Source: an uncultured Fidelibacterota bacterium
GTDB taxonomy: Bacteria > Fidelibacterota > Marinisomatia > Marinisomatales > Marinisomataceae
Reading direction: 5' to 3'
NCBI GenBank assembly: GCA_902629855.1
Contig: CACOSI010000001.1
Location: 27,154 to 91,153 of the forward strand
DNA: 64,000 nt
Positions 28,142-38,408 of the stretch are shown here, piece after piece (position 1 is the first letter of the stretch; each line of letters begins with the position of its first letter). The position numbers were made by a program, and so were the translations under genes. Below the pieces are notes generated by a model. The model was not told the origin of the DNA. It worked only from the letters and a program-made list of their open reading frames with translations, and searched no databases.

Positions 28142-30955
28142 TTATTTAATAACTTTTCTTAAAAATTTTCCTGTTAATGATTTTTTTTGGTTTACAATCT
28201 CGTGAACAGTACCCTGGAAAACTATAGATCCTCCACCCTCACCTCCTTCAGGGCCTAAATCTATTATCCAATCTGCACACTTAACAACATCGAGGTTATG
28301 CTCAATTACAATAATTGTATTACCTTGATCAACTAACTTTTGAAGTACTGACAATAGCATTTGAATATCGTCAACATGTAGTCCTGTTGTAGGCTCATCT
28401 AGAAAGTAAACAGTGTTTTTAGTGCTGGTTTTTGAAAGCTCCGTAGATAGTTTTATTCGTTGAGCTTCACCCCCCGAAAGTGTTGTAGCTTGTTGACCAA
28501 GCTTAATATATCCTAGTCCGACATCGTGGAGTGTATTTAGTCTTTTCCTAATTGGGGGTATATGTTTAAAAAATTCTCTTGCTTCGTCAACAGAAAGAGA
28601 TAAAACATCATCAATATTTTTACCTTTATATTCTATTTGTAATGTTTCTTTATTATATCTTTTTCCTGAACAATCTTCACAATTAACATACACATCTGGT
28701 AAAAAGTTCATCTCAATTTTTATTATTCCAGCACCTTGACAAGCCTCACATCTTCCACCCTTAACATTGAAAGAAAATCTTCCAATCTTATATCCTCTAA
28801 GTTTTGCCTCTCTTGTTTGTGCAAATAAATCTCTTACGTGGGTAAAAATTCCAGTATACGTGGCAGGGTTTGACCTTGGTGTTTTCCCTATTGGTTTTTG
28901 ATCTACATTAATAACCCTTTCAATCCTATCTGTCCTTACAAGGTTTTTAAAAGGCAACATATCTTTAACGCTAAAGTTTATCATATTAGATAGAGCTGGA
29001 TATAGGGTTTGGTTAATTAATGAACTTTTTCCGCTTCCTGAAACACCCGTAACAGCGATTAGTCTTTCAAAGGGGAAATTAACGTCAATGTTTTTAAGAT
29101 TATTTCCCGATGCCCCTAACAATGAGAAGTGATCGAAAGTAGTTGTTCTGTAATTAGGAAGTGGGACAAATTTTTCACCTGAAAGGTACTTACCTGTAAG
29201 GCTTTTTTTGTTTTTTACGATTTCTGGCAAAGACCCCGAAAAAACAACTTCTCCTCCCAAGGCTCCTGCCTTAGGTCCCATATCAATAATTTGATCTGCT
29301 GATTCAATGGTCTCAAGATCATGCTCAACAACAATCACTGTATTCCCTATTTCTTTAAGGGATTTTAAAGTTTCTAATAGACGGTCGTTGTCTCTCGGGT
29401 GTAAACCAATGGATGGTTCATCTAAAACATAAAGAACACCTGTTAATTGAGAACCAACTTGCGAAGCAAGCCTAATTCTTTGTGCTTCTCCGCCAGACAA
29501 AGTTCTTGAAGCTCTTTCAAGTGTTAAGTAATTCAATCCAACATTTACTAAAAAGCTCAATCTTTTTTGAATTTCTTTTAATATTCCTCCCGCTATTTCT
29601 ATTTGGCTTTTTGATAATGTTAAGTTTTCAAAAAAATTAAGAGTCTCAGCAATATTTTTTGAGCATAATTCTCCAATGTTTATAGAGTTTACTTTCACAT
29701 TCAATGATGAATCTTTTAATCTTTTACCTTTGCAAGCGTCACAGGTTCTAGTGCTCATAAAACTCTCTATCCACCTTCTTATACCATAAGACTGTGTCTG
29801 CTTATATCTCCTTTGGAGTTCTGGTATAACCCCTTCCCACTTTCCAGAGTATGTTCCCGACCATTTTTTATTTTTAATATTGATATCTAGCTTCTTACCG
29901 CTTAAACCATACAGTAATATCGTTCTAATATCTTTTGAAAGCTTGTTCCATGGCTTTGAAAAAGAAAGATCAAACTCTCTAGCTAGTGCTCTCAACTTGC
30001 TACCATGAAAACCTTTTGGCTGACTCCCTAACGGCTTTATTGCTTCTTGAATCAGAGATTTTTTAATATTAGGAACTACAAGGTTTGGGTCAATCTCTGT
30101 AATAAAACCTAAACCATCACACTGTTGACATGCACCATATGGGGAATTAAAAGAAAACATTCTTGGTGTTAAATCTGTCATCATTACATAAGGGTGGTAT
30201 GCGCACGCAAAGTGTTCACTGAAAAGAAAGTCCTCAGATTTGTCTACGTTCACCTTGCATATTCCATTCCCCATTTTTAAAGCAAGCTCAACTGATTCCA
30301 GCAATCTAGATTTTGTCTTCACATCCAAAAGAACTCTATCAACCAAAACGTCTATATCGTGTTTTTTATTTTTTTCCAGCTCCGGAATCTTTCTTATTGA
30401 AAGTATCTCGTTGTTTACTCTTGCTCTAATAAATCCTTTCTTCTTTATCTCTGAAAAAACACTTTTATGTTCCCCTTTTCGACCTTGAACTATTGGTGAT
30501 AGTATATAAGCATTTTCTCCATTATGTGATTTTAATATCTGTTCAACTATCTGCTCAGGTGACTGCCTGCTGATTTCTCTTGAACACTCCCAACAATGTG
30601 GTTGTCCAATACTTGCAAAAAGTAGTCTCAGATAATCATGTATCTCAGTTATCGTTCCAACTGTTGACCTTGGGTTTCTTGATCCTGTTTTTTGTTCGAT
30701 TGAAATAGCAGGAGATAAACCTTCAATAGTGTCTACATCAGGTTTTTCCATTAAGTCAAGAAATTGACGCGCATATGCAGATAGTGATTCAACATATCTT
30801 CTCTGCCCCTCAGCATATATTGTATCAAAAGCTAATGACGATTTACCTGAACCTGATGGTCCTGTAATTACAACAAGTTTATTTTTATCAATCTCTACCT
30901 TAATGTCTTTAAGATTGTGCTGCCTTGCACCGCTTATTTTTAACTTATTTTTCAT
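28142..30955 (-). CDS. uvrA: Excinuclease ABC subunit A
   Basis: 937 aa. Has two ABC ATPase modules (GPSGSGKSS; GVSGSGKSS; two LSGGEAQR signatures) and zinc-finger Cys clusters. Confidence 0.95.
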   Translation of the reverse strand: MKNKLKISGARQHNLKDIKVEIDKNKLVVITGPSGSGKSSLAFDTIYAEGQRRYVESLSAYARQFLDLMEKPDVDTIEGLSPAISIEQKTGSRNPRSTVGTITEIHDYLRLLFASIGQPHCWECSREISRQSPEQIVEQILKSHNGENAYILSPIVQGRKGEHKSVFSEIKKKGFIRARVNNEILSIRKIPELEKNKKHDIDVLVDRVLLDVKTKSRLLESVELALKMGNGICKVNVDKSEDFLFSEHFACAYHPYVMMTDLTPRMFSFNSPYGACQQCDGLGFITEIDPNLVVPNIKKSLIQEAIKPLGSQPKGFHGSKLRALAREFDLSFSKPWNKLSKDIRTILLYGLSGKKLDINIKNKKWSGTYSGKWEGVIPELQRRYKQTQSYGIRRWIESFMSTRTCDACKGKRLKDSSLNVKVNSINIGELCSKNIAETLNFFENLTLSKSQIEIAGGILKEIQKRLSFLVNVGLNYLTLERASRTLSGGEAQRIRLASQVGSQLTGVLYVLDEPSIGLHPRDNDRLLETLKSLKEIGNTVIVVEHDLETIESADQIIDMGPKAGALGGEVVFSGSLPEIVKNKKSLTGKYLSGEKFVPLPNYRTTTFDHFSLLGASGNNLKNIDVNFPFERLIAVTGVSGSGKSSLINQTLYPALSNMINFSVKDMLPFKNLVRTDRIERVINVDQKPIGKTPRSNPATYTGIFTHVRDLFAQTREAKLRGYKIGRFSFNVKGGRCEACQGAGIIKIEMNFLPDVYVNCEDCSGKRYNKETLQIEYKGKNIDDVLSLSVDEAREFFKHIPPIRKRLNTLHDVGLGYIKLGQQATTLSGGEAQRIKLSTELSKTSTKNTVYFLDEPTTGLHVDDIQMLLSVLQKLVDQGNTIIVIEHNLDVVKCADWIIDLGPEGGEGGGSIVFQGTVHEIVNQKKSLTGKFLRKVIK

Positions 30956-31035
30956 ATTTTTACTAAAAAATTGGTTTATAACTTACTTAACTATGGAAAT
31001 GATTCAAAAAAGGATTTAGGTTTTATGTAAAAAAA

Positions 31036-31581
31036 ATGAAAAGCCTTAAAAATAAACTTCTTGTTTCAATGCCAAATATGTCTGATCCATACTTCGCCAA
31101 AAGTGTTATATATATTTTTGAAGATGATAGTTCAGGAACTTTAGGTTTAATAATTAATAAACCAATAAGCCAAATGAAGATTATAAATATTGATAAAAAA
31201 GATAAATTTTTTGATGATTTAATTTCAGCTTCAAAAAATATTTATTTTGGGGGCCCTGTCATGCTACATGAGGCCTGTATTATCAAAATAGATGACGAAG
31301 AAAAAGTTAATTTTTCTAATAAAATTCACCTTTCTAATGATTTAAAATCAATTCAAGAAATGCTATTAAATAATAGTTTCTCAAAGGGGGAAAAACTTGT
31401 TTTTGGCCACTCATCTTGGGGTAAAAATCAACTCAATGATGAAATAAAAAGAGGTGATTGGCTTATAGTTAATTACGATGATTCAGTTTTTAAGCATGAT
31501 CCAGATTTGATTTGGACAAAATTAATAAAAATAAGTGGTCTTGATGAGTTTGGCTTTACTGGTGTTAGCGGTGTATCATGA
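31036..31581 (+). CDS. YqgE/AlgH family protein (UPF0301)
   Basis: 181 aa. Has LLVSMPNM.DPYF.KSV.YI.E....G..GLIINKP and GGPV motifs typical of the YqgE/AlgH family. Confidence 0.75.
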   Translation: MKSLKNKLLVSMPNMSDPYFAKSVIYIFEDDSSGTLGLIINKPISQMKIINIDKKDKFFDDLISASKNIYFGGPVMLHEACIIKIDDEEKVNFSNKIHLSNDLKSIQEMLLNNSFSKGEKLVFGHSSWGKNQLNDEIKRGDWLIVNYDDSVFKHDPDLIWTKLIKISGLDEFGFTGVSGVS

Positions 31582-31724
31582 TAAAAAATATTAAAAAAAT
31601 TCAAAAAGATATTTCAAAAAAAAGGGTTACAAAAGCCACAAATGGTTTACAGCTAATATTAAATGGGATCAATCTTTTTAAAAAGGGGCTAAAGCTTTTT
31701 TTATCTGAAGTTTTTTCTAGATAG
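31578..31724 (+). CDS. Candidate small protein (48 aa), unannotated by the ORF track
   Basis: Hand translation gives MIKNIKKIQKDISKKRVTKATNGLQLILNGINLFKKGLKLFLSEVFSR*. Its ATG overlaps the yqgE-family stop (ATGA) and its stop overlaps the convergent fabI-like gene by 8 nt. It exactly fills the only >100-nt intragenic-cluster gap in the window. No homology evidence. Confidence 0.25.
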   Translation: MIKNIKKIQKDISKKRVTKATNGLQLILNGINLFKKGLKLFLSEVFSR

Positions 31725-32496
31725 AGCGGTGTTCTCCACCATCACAAAAAATAGTTGAACAATTTATAAAGTTTGCTTTTTCACTCATTAGTAAAGAAAC
31801 CAGTCCTGCTACGTCTTCAGGGGTGGTTAATCTTTTCATGGGGTTTCTTTTTTTGGTTTGTTCAAGCCATTGCTCCCAATCTTTAGAAATTTTTGTAAGA
31901 GCTCTTGTTGGCGTTATTCCAGCTTGAATTGTATTTGCTGTAATGCCCTTACTTCCAAGCTCCCACCCTATTTGTCTAATGACAGCCTCCAGAGATGCTT
32001 TGGACACACCAACTGGGCCATATCCATCCATTGCCTTGTAGCTTCCTTCGCTTGTAATCCCAAGAATTCTTGATCCGTCATCTAGAAGTGACTCATTTAA
32101 AAGGGCTTGGGCCCAATAGATTAAGCAATTTGCCATAACATGTTGCGTCATATCCATTTGTCTTTGTTTTACTGGAGTGGGTTCAAAAAAATTTGTTGTA
32201 CTGCCAAAGGCTATGGAATGCATAAGTAGCTTTACATATCCGTCTTTTATTAGACTTTTTATTTCAACTAATCTTTTTTCAATAGTTTTTTTGTCCGCTG
32301 CATTTTCATTCCAAAACTTTGTTTTTCCATTGTTCATTAAAGAAATTTCATTCTCTAGTTGCTGTGCCTCTTTTTTAACTGAACCTCTATCGAAATGGAA
32401 CCCTATTATTCCATAACCCTCCGAAGCAAGTTGTTTTGAAATTGCTGCACCATGTCCTGTCGAACAGCCAAGAACTATTGCCCATTTATTTTTCAT
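31717..32496 (-). CDS. Enoyl-ACP reductase-like SDR (FabI/FabL type)
   Basis: 259 aa. The Rossmann N-terminus is atypical (LGCSTGHGAA). The catalytic spacing is Y-x6-K (YGPVGVSKASLEA), which matches E. coli FabI YNVMGLAKASLEA rather than the classical SDR YxxxK. Confidence 0.55.
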   Translation of the reverse strand: MKNKWAIVLGCSTGHGAAISKQLASEGYGIIGFHFDRGSVKKEAQQLENEISLMNNGKTKFWNENAADKKTIEKRLVEIKSLIKDGYVKLLMHSIAFGSTTNFFEPTPVKQRQMDMTQHVMANCLIYWAQALLNESLLDDGSRILGITSEGSYKAMDGYGPVGVSKASLEAVIRQIGWELGSKGITANTIQAGITPTRALTKISKDWEQWLEQTKKRNPMKRLTTPEDVAGLVSLLMSEKANFINCSTIFCDGGEHRSI

Positions 32497-32546
32497 AAGA
32501 TTTCAATTTAATAAATACTCATCCAATTAAGTATTATATTCTCACA

Positions 32547-33638
32547 ATGAACTTGAATTGCGGATTTGTTGGGCTACCAAATGTTGGAAAATCAACTCTA
32601 TTTAATGCGTTGAGCAAAAATAATATTGCTGCAGAAAATTATCCTTTTTGTACTATTGAACCAAACACGGGAATTGTAGAGGTCCCAGATGAGAGGTTAA
32701 AAGATTTATCAAAAATTTTTAATCCAGAAAAAACCATTCATAATACTGTTGAGTTTATTGACATAGCTGGTCTTGTAAAAAATGCACATCAAGGAGAGGG
32801 TCTTGGAAATCAATTTCTATCTCAAATTCGTTCAGTAAATGTAATTATTCAGGTTGTTAGATTTTTCAATGACAATAATATAACTCATGTTGAAAATAGG
32901 GTTGATCCTCTTGATGATATGGAAATAATTAATACAGAGCTCATACTTGCTGATATTAAAACAGTTGAAAAGAGTCTAGAAAAAAATGTAAAACTAATTA
33001 AAGCGAATAAGCCTGAAGGACGGCTAGCCGAAGAGATTTTGTCCGGCCTCTTAAACCACTTAAATGATGGTTTAGCAGCTAGATCTTTTGAACGTAACTC
33101 AAAGGAAAACCCGGTAATTAAAAATTTATTTTTATTAACGGACAAGCCGATGATATATGTTGCAAATATTGATGATAATGGTGGTGACATAAAACAGATT
33201 GAGGAAGCAAAAAAAATTGCAGAAAAAAATTATTCATCCTTAATTGAAATAAATGGAAAACTAGAATCTGAAATGGCAGACTTTAATGATGAAGAAAAAA
33301 AATTAATGCTTAAAGACTACGGAATTAATGAAAGTGGTTTAAGTGTTTTGATAAAAGAGGCCTATAGAACTTTGGGTTTAGAAACTTTTTTTACTTGTGG
33401 TGATAAAGAAGTTAGAGCTTGGACGATGAAAAAGGGTTCACAAGCTGTTGAAGCGGCCGGAGAAATTCATACAGATTTTTCTACGAAGTTTATAAAAGCT
33501 GAAATTTTTACCTATGAAGACGCAATGAACAATAAAGAAAAAATTAATGAATTAAAAACATTGGGTTTGGTGAAAATGGTTGGAAGAGACTATATTATGC
33601 AAGAAGGTGATATTGCATACTTCATTAAAGGGCAATGA
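32547..33638 (+). CDS. ychF: Redox-regulated ribosome-binding ATPase YchF
   Basis: 363 aa. Has G1 GLPNVGKST, FCTIEPN and DIAGLV, and a C-terminal TGS-like domain (RAWT...G..A..AAG.IH.DF...FI.AE). Confidence 0.9.
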   Translation: MNLNCGFVGLPNVGKSTLFNALSKNNIAAENYPFCTIEPNTGIVEVPDERLKDLSKIFNPEKTIHNTVEFIDIAGLVKNAHQGEGLGNQFLSQIRSVNVIIQVVRFFNDNNITHVENRVDPLDDMEIINTELILADIKTVEKSLEKNVKLIKANKPEGRLAEEILSGLLNHLNDGLAARSFERNSKENPVIKNLFLLTDKPMIYVANIDDNGGDIKQIEEAKKIAEKNYSSLIEINGKLESEMADFNDEEKKLMLKDYGINESGLSVLIKEAYRTLGLETFFTCGDKEVRAWTMKKGSQAVEAAGEIHTDFSTKFIKAEIFTYEDAMNNKEKINELKTLGLVKMVGRDYIMQEGDIAYFIKGQ

Positions 33639-34618
33639 GTAACAAAAAAATCAAAATTGGTGTTGTTGGTGCAGGCCACTTAGGTAGGCACCATATAAAA
33701 CATCTATCAAGGCATAGTAAGGTAGAGTTTGTTGGTGTTTTTGATAGCAACAAAACTGTGCTCAACAATATTTGCAGCGAGTTTTCGGTCAAAGCCTTGG
33801 AAAGCCTAGATCAGCTAATATCATGCTGCGATGCTATAAACATAGTCACTCCAACAGATACGCATTTTAATATTGCAAAAGATTTTTTAAATAACAAAAA
33901 AGATGTTTTGATTGAAAAGCCAATGACAAATACCGTTGAAGAAGCGCAAGAATTAATTGACATAGCTAAAAAAAATAATTGTATCATTCAAGTTGGTCAT
34001 ATTGAAAGGTTTAACCCCACTATTAACAAGCTTAATGGTTTTATTAAAAATCCACATTACATCGAAATAGAGCGCTTGGCGCCATTTCAATCTAGAGGTA
34101 CAGAAGTGCCAGTAATACTAGACTTGATGGTTCACGACATTGATATAGTTTTAGGAATGGTTGCAAGTCCAATAGAGAATATTCACGCCAGTGGAGCAAA
34201 AATGATGAGCGAAACTATTGACTTAGCGCATGCCCATATCAAATTTAAAAATGGCGCGGTCGCGAATTTAAAATCAAGCAGGATTGCACAAAACTATGTT
34301 AGAAAAATTAGAACATATCAGAGCAACCTTTATAGTGTTACCGATTTAATGATACCACAGATTGAAATATATAGCTTAGAAGAATCGGGTATCTTTTCGA
34401 AAAATGCTATAAATAAAAAAGTTCATACAGCAGCCGGGGAAAAGATATTACACTATGAAAAGTTTTTACCAGAAAAAAAGGATGCTCTTTTGGAGGAAAT
34501 AGATGACTTTATTAATTCAATTGAAAAAAGAATTTCACCCAATGTAAGCGGTGAGGATGGAAAAAGAGCTCTGGAAATAGCGCTCGAGGTCGAAAATAAA
34601 ATTTTCTTAAATGAATAG
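33635..34618 (+). CDS. Gfo/Idh/MocA family NAD(P)-dependent oxidoreductase
   Basis: 327 aa. Has an N-terminal GVVGAGHLGRHH Rossmann motif and the EKP motif (VLIEKPM). Start overlaps ychF (ATGA) and 3' end overlaps lpxB by 8 nt. Confidence 0.7.
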   Translation: MSNKKIKIGVVGAGHLGRHHIKHLSRHSKVEFVGVFDSNKTVLNNICSEFSVKALESLDQLISCCDAINIVTPTDTHFNIAKDFLNNKKDVLIEKPMTNTVEEAQELIDIAKKNNCIIQVGHIERFNPTINKLNGFIKNPHYIEIERLAPFQSRGTEVPVILDLMVHDIDIVLGMVASPIENIHASGAKMMSETIDLAHAHIKFKNGAVANLKSSRIAQNYVRKIRTYQSNLYSVTDLMIPQIEIYSLEESGIFSKNAINKKVHTAAGEKILHYEKFLPEKKDALLEEIDDFINSIEKRISPNVSGEDGKRALEIALEVENKIFLNE

Positions 34619-35714
34619 ACAAAAAATATTTATTGTTGCAGGAGAAGATTCAGGAGATCTCCACGGATCTAAGCTTATCATATCTTTAAAAAAGTTAAAC
34701 CCCAATATCGATTTATATGGAATTGGAGGAAGTAGAATGGAGAAAGAGGGTTTAAAGCTAACAGAACATATTAAAAACCTTAATGTCATAGGAATTTTTG
34801 AGGTTTTAAGACACTATAGAAAAATCAAAGCCATTTTTAACAACACTATTAAAGAAATCAAAAGAATCAATCCTGATAAGATCATATTAATTGATTACCC
34901 TGGTTTTAATTTGAGGTTAGCAAAAAAATTAAAGCACTTAGGTTTTGATGTGCGCTATTTCATTTTACCACAAGTTTGGGCATGGAAAGAATCAAGGGCT
35001 AAAGTTCTTAAAGACACTTGTAACAAGCTAATCAGTATTATTCCATTTGAAAAGGACTGGTTTTTAAAAAGAGGAATTTCAGTTTCTTATGTGGGACACC
35101 CCCTTGGTGATTTAAGTAAAAAGAGTTTTGATAAAAACATTTTTTTGAAAGAAAACAACATTCCTGAAGGAAATAAAATTATTGCTCTACTTCCCGGCAG
35201 TAGAAAAGTGGAAGTAGATAGGCATTGGAAAATATTTGAAGGAACCGTAAAAAAGTTAAATAAAAAAAGAAATGATTTAACATTTGTTTTAATTGAGGGG
35301 GATAATGTTTCTTTTAATACTGACCCAAGAATTATAAGAATGAACAAAGGTCGCTATAATGCAATATTTTGTGCGGATGCTGCAATTGTTTGTTCAGGAA
35401 CTGCTACCCTTGAAACGGCTATGCTAAACTGTCCGATGATTGTGTGTTATAAACTCTCTGCTGCTACTTGGTTTTTAGCAAAAATGATGTCAAAAGTAAA
35501 GTATTTGTCCCTTGTTAATTTAATTGCGGGTAGAGAAATCGTTGAAGAGTATCTTCAAGAAAATATGAAGGAAACAAATTTGGTTTCCGGAGTGTTGGGT
35601 CTTTTAGATAAAGACAATTCTGAAAGGATTAAAGAAGACTACCAAACCTTAATAAATAAATTAAAAACTAACTCAAGTCCATATTTAGAGGCTGCAAAAA
35701 TTATTTATGATTAA
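34611..35714 (+). CDS. lpxB: Lipid-A-disaccharide synthase
   Basis: 367 aa. Has IFIVAGE.SGD.HG, IDYPGFNLRLAK, LLPGSR..E and SGTATLE motifs. Confidence 0.85.
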   Translation: MNRQKIFIVAGEDSGDLHGSKLIISLKKLNPNIDLYGIGGSRMEKEGLKLTEHIKNLNVIGIFEVLRHYRKIKAIFNNTIKEIKRINPDKIILIDYPGFNLRLAKKLKHLGFDVRYFILPQVWAWKESRAKVLKDTCNKLISIIPFEKDWFLKRGISVSYVGHPLGDLSKKSFDKNIFLKENNIPEGNKIIALLPGSRKVEVDRHWKIFEGTVKKLNKKRNDLTFVLIEGDNVSFNTDPRIIRMNKGRYNAIFCADAAIVCSGTATLETAMLNCPMIVCYKLSAATWFLAKMMSKVKYLSLVNLIAGREIVEEYLQENMKETNLVSGVLGLLDKDNSERIKEDYQTLINKLKTNSSPYLEAAKIIYD

Positions 35715-36327
35715 GTCGCTGCTAAAAACGAACCTGTTATATTTCATGATATTATTTCTGTATAGATTTAATAGAACAACAGTCGTTGGAGAGGAAAATA
35801 TTAAAGACCTGAAATCATATATTATAGTTTCTTGGCATGGAAAAATTCTTGGTTTTATGGAGCATTTTAAACACAGGGGTTATTATGCTCTTGTAAGCCA
35901 AAGCGGTGATGGTGATACAATAGTTTCTATAGCTAAAAGGTATGGCTACAAATTTTTTAGAGGCTCTAGCAACAGAGGTGGTAAAGAAGCAATGAAAGAA
36001 ATGGGGTCTTTTTTTACTGAAAACCCAAACGCTAAGCTCGTAATAACTCCTGATGGTCCTACTGGACCAGAGCACAAAGTAAAACCTGGTGCTTTGTTGC
36101 TTGCTAAGAAATCACAAAGGCCAATTGTGCCGGTTATTGTTGACTTAGGCTCGAGCTGGAAATTTAAAAATTGGCACACATTTTATCTAAGCAAGCCGTT
36201 TTCAAAAATGCGTGTAGTTATAGGAAAGCCATTATATTTTGATCAGAATTTTAATATTGAAGAAGGTCTCAAAATTATAGAAGATGAATTAAAAGCAACA
36301 GATATGGAAGCTAGCAAACATGCTTAA
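35707..36327 (+). CDS. DUF374 domain protein (lysophospholipid-acyltransferase-like, function unknown)
   Basis: 206 aa. Has WHGKI, S.SGDGD, RGSS.RGG..A and TPDGP.GP, as in the DUF374 proteins usually found beside kdtA/lpxK. Overlaps both neighbours by 8 nt. Confidence 0.6.
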   Translation: MIKSLLKTNLLYFMILFLYRFNRTTVVGEENIKDLKSYIIVSWHGKILGFMEHFKHRGYYALVSQSGDGDTIVSIAKRYGYKFFRGSSNRGGKEAMKEMGSFFTENPNAKLVITPDGPTGPEHKVKPGALLLAKKSQRPIVPVIVDLGSSWKFKNWHTFYLSKPFSKMRVVIGKPLYFDQNFNIEEGLKIIEDELKATDMEASKHA

Positions 36328-37327
36328 TGTCATTAGAAATAGCATAATAAAGTTTTTTTTGTTTGTATTACCAATACACATTATATATGTTTATTTGAAA
36401 AACTTTTTGTACGATAAAAATCTTATAAGCCCTATAAAAGTTGAATCAAAAATAATTTGTATTGGAAACATTTCTCTTGGCGGTTCTGGAAAAACCCCGC
36501 TAACAATATCAGTTGCAACTTTTTTGAAAAAGAAAGGTTTTAGCGTTGGTGTTGTAACAAGGGGTCATGGAAGAAATAACATCAAAAATAGCTTTTTTCT
36601 TAATGACGAAGGTTGGAAAGATGCGGGAGATGAAGCGATTATTTTGAAAAATAATCTCGACCTTTCAATACCAATATATGTTTCTTCCGATAAGGTTTTA
36701 GCAGCGAAAGAGCTATCAAGTTTTGGTTGTGAGGTCGTAGTTGTTGATGATGGTTTTCAACACAGGAGGCTACATAGAGATATAGATATTTTGCTGCTCT
36801 CCCCTAAAAATCAAGAAGGTAAATCTCTTTCTATGTTTCCGTACGGGACGCTGAGGGAGCCAATAAGTTGCTTAAAAAGATCAGACATTGTCATATCCAC
36901 TAAGTCTAATCTGTCGAACAACCCCTCATCTTTAAGGGAAGATTTTGTATTAGATTTAAACTTTAAAAATGAAGTTTTGTGTTCAGGTACTAGTAAAACT
37001 TTAGGCGACATAATGAACATGAAGAACATTTTATCTCTTTGCGCAATAGGCGATCCTGAAAGCTTTAAAAAATCATTAGAGCTAATAAATATCCGCACTA
37101 CACAGCATTTAAGCTTTCAAGACCACCACCCTTTTTCCAAAAAAGATGTTGCGGCAATAAATAAGACTATAGATGACAAAAAAATTGATAATATTGTTTG
37201 TACTGAAAAAGACTATGTCAAATTAAAAGATTTTAAAAATTTTATTAACGCCCCTCTCTATGCAATAGTTTTGGAGCACAGTTTGGGTGTGCAATTGGAA
37301 AATGAAATTTTAGGACGATTGAATTAA
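36320..37327 (+). CDS. lpxK: Tetraacyldisaccharide 4'-kinase
   Basis: 335 aa. Has an N-terminal TM helix, P-loop GNISLGGSGKTP, and DDGFQH. Confidence 0.8.
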   Translation: MLNVIRNSIIKFFLFVLPIHIIYVYLKNFLYDKNLISPIKVESKIICIGNISLGGSGKTPLTISVATFLKKKGFSVGVVTRGHGRNNIKNSFFLNDEGWKDAGDEAIILKNNLDLSIPIYVSSDKVLAAKELSSFGCEVVVVDDGFQHRRLHRDIDILLLSPKNQEGKSLSMFPYGTLREPISCLKRSDIVISTKSNLSNNPSSLREDFVLDLNFKNEVLCSGTSKTLGDIMNMKNILSLCAIGDPESFKKSLELINIRTTQHLSFQDHHPFSKKDVAAINKTIDDKKIDNIVCTEKDYVKLKDFKNFINAPLYAIVLEHSLGVQLENEILGRLN

Positions 37328-37340
37328 AAATTTTACAGCA

Positions 37341-37369
37341 TTGACATTAGATATCTAATAAGCTAAGTT
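37341..37369 (+). promoter_or_regulatory. Putative sigma70-type promoter for the exbB operon
   Basis: TTGACA (37341-37346), a 17-nt spacer, then TAAGTT (37364-37369). AGGAGG lies at 37389-37394, 6 nt before the exbB ATG. Sequence match only. Confidence 0.35.
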
Positions 37370-37400
37370 TTTGAACATTTAACACATTAGGAGGATTTAA

Positions 37401-38006
37401 ATGGTAGAATTATTTTTAGAGGGTGGGCCTTTTATGTGGCCTATTTTACTTTTATTGCTTGCTGGTTTAGGCCTTGTTGGAGAAAGAGCATATTCTCTCA
37501 ATCAGTCTAAAGTAGACTCAGATGGTTTTATGAACTCGTTGCGTGGTGCCCTAAAATCTGGTGGGTCAAAAAAAGCAATGGATGTGTGTGCAGGTCATGA
37601 TGGTCCTGTATCAAATATTTGCGAAGCTGGTCTATCAAAAGTTGGAAAAGGTTCAGATCAAATAGAAAAAGCTATTGAAAATGCTGGTTCTCTAGAGATG
37701 GCTTTTCTAGAAAAAAACATGGGTTGGCTTACTGCGATTATAGCGATTGCCCCGATGATGGGTTTTACAGGTACGGTTGCTGGTATGATATTTGCCTTTG
37801 ATGCTATTGCGGCAGCAAATGATATTTCACCTGCTGTTGTGGCTGTTGGTATTTCACAAGCTCTTCTAACTACAGCGTTTGGGTTAATTGTTGCTATGAT
37901 CATTCAAATTGCTCAAAACTTTTTCTCATCTATGATTGATGGGATGGTTTTAGATATGGAAGAAAAATCCATTGAAATTACTGACCTGCTAAGAGACGCT
38001 AAATAA
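37401..38006 (+). CDS. exbB: MotA/TolQ/ExbB proton channel protein
   Basis: 201 aa with three TM helices and the conserved segment AP..GF.GTV.GMI.AF. Heads an exbB-exbD-exbD-tonB operon. Confidence 0.8.
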   Translation: MVELFLEGGPFMWPILLLLLAGLGLVGERAYSLNQSKVDSDGFMNSLRGALKSGGSKKAMDVCAGHDGPVSNICEAGLSKVGKGSDQIEKAIENAGSLEMAFLEKNMGWLTAIIAIAPMMGFTGTVAGMIFAFDAIAAANDISPAVVAVGISQALLTTAFGLIVAMIIQIAQNFFSSMIDGMVLDMEEKSIEITDLLRDAK

Positions 38007-38009
38007 AAC

Positions 38010-38408
38010 ATGGCACTTAGAGAAAGAAAAGCGCGTGTTGGTGCTATTCCTGAAGGAGGAATGGCAGATATAGCATTTCTGCTGTTGGTTTTCTTCTTGG
38101 TAACGACCACAATTGATATGGACAAGGGTCTTGGAATAATTCTTCCAGCTGAAGGACAAGAACTTGAAATCAATAAGAAAAATATTCTCAACTGTCTAAT
38201 TAGCGCTTCAGGTAATGTGTTGTTGGGTGGTGAACCAGTTGAAATAAAAAATCTCAGCAGAAGGGTTAAAGAAGAAATTAGGGCAAACGACAAGCTCATA
38301 ATTTCTGTAAAAGCTCATGAGAAAGCACAGTACGATGTATATGTTGAAGTTTTAGATCAACTTAAACTTGCCAATGCAACAAGAATATCAATAGCGGAGA
38401 CAGAATAA
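38010..38408 (+). CDS. exbD: ExbD/TolR biopolymer transport protein
   Basis: 132 aa. Has a single N-terminal TM segment with MADIAFLLLVFFLVTT (conserved Asp) and a periplasmic domain. Confidence 0.8.
   Translation: MALRERKARVGAIPEGGMADIAFLLLVFFLVTTTIDMDKGLGIILPAEGQELEINKKNILNCLISASGNVLLGGEPVEIKNLSRRVKEEIRANDKLIISVKAHEKAQYDVYVEVLDQLKLANATRISIAETE

Noticed and set aside
37913-38299. 128-aa minus-strand ORF spanning the exbB/exbD junction (also 37658-37903 and 38362-38646)
   Set aside because: They run opposite a tightly coupled, well-supported exbB-exbD-exbD operon and have no independent signal.
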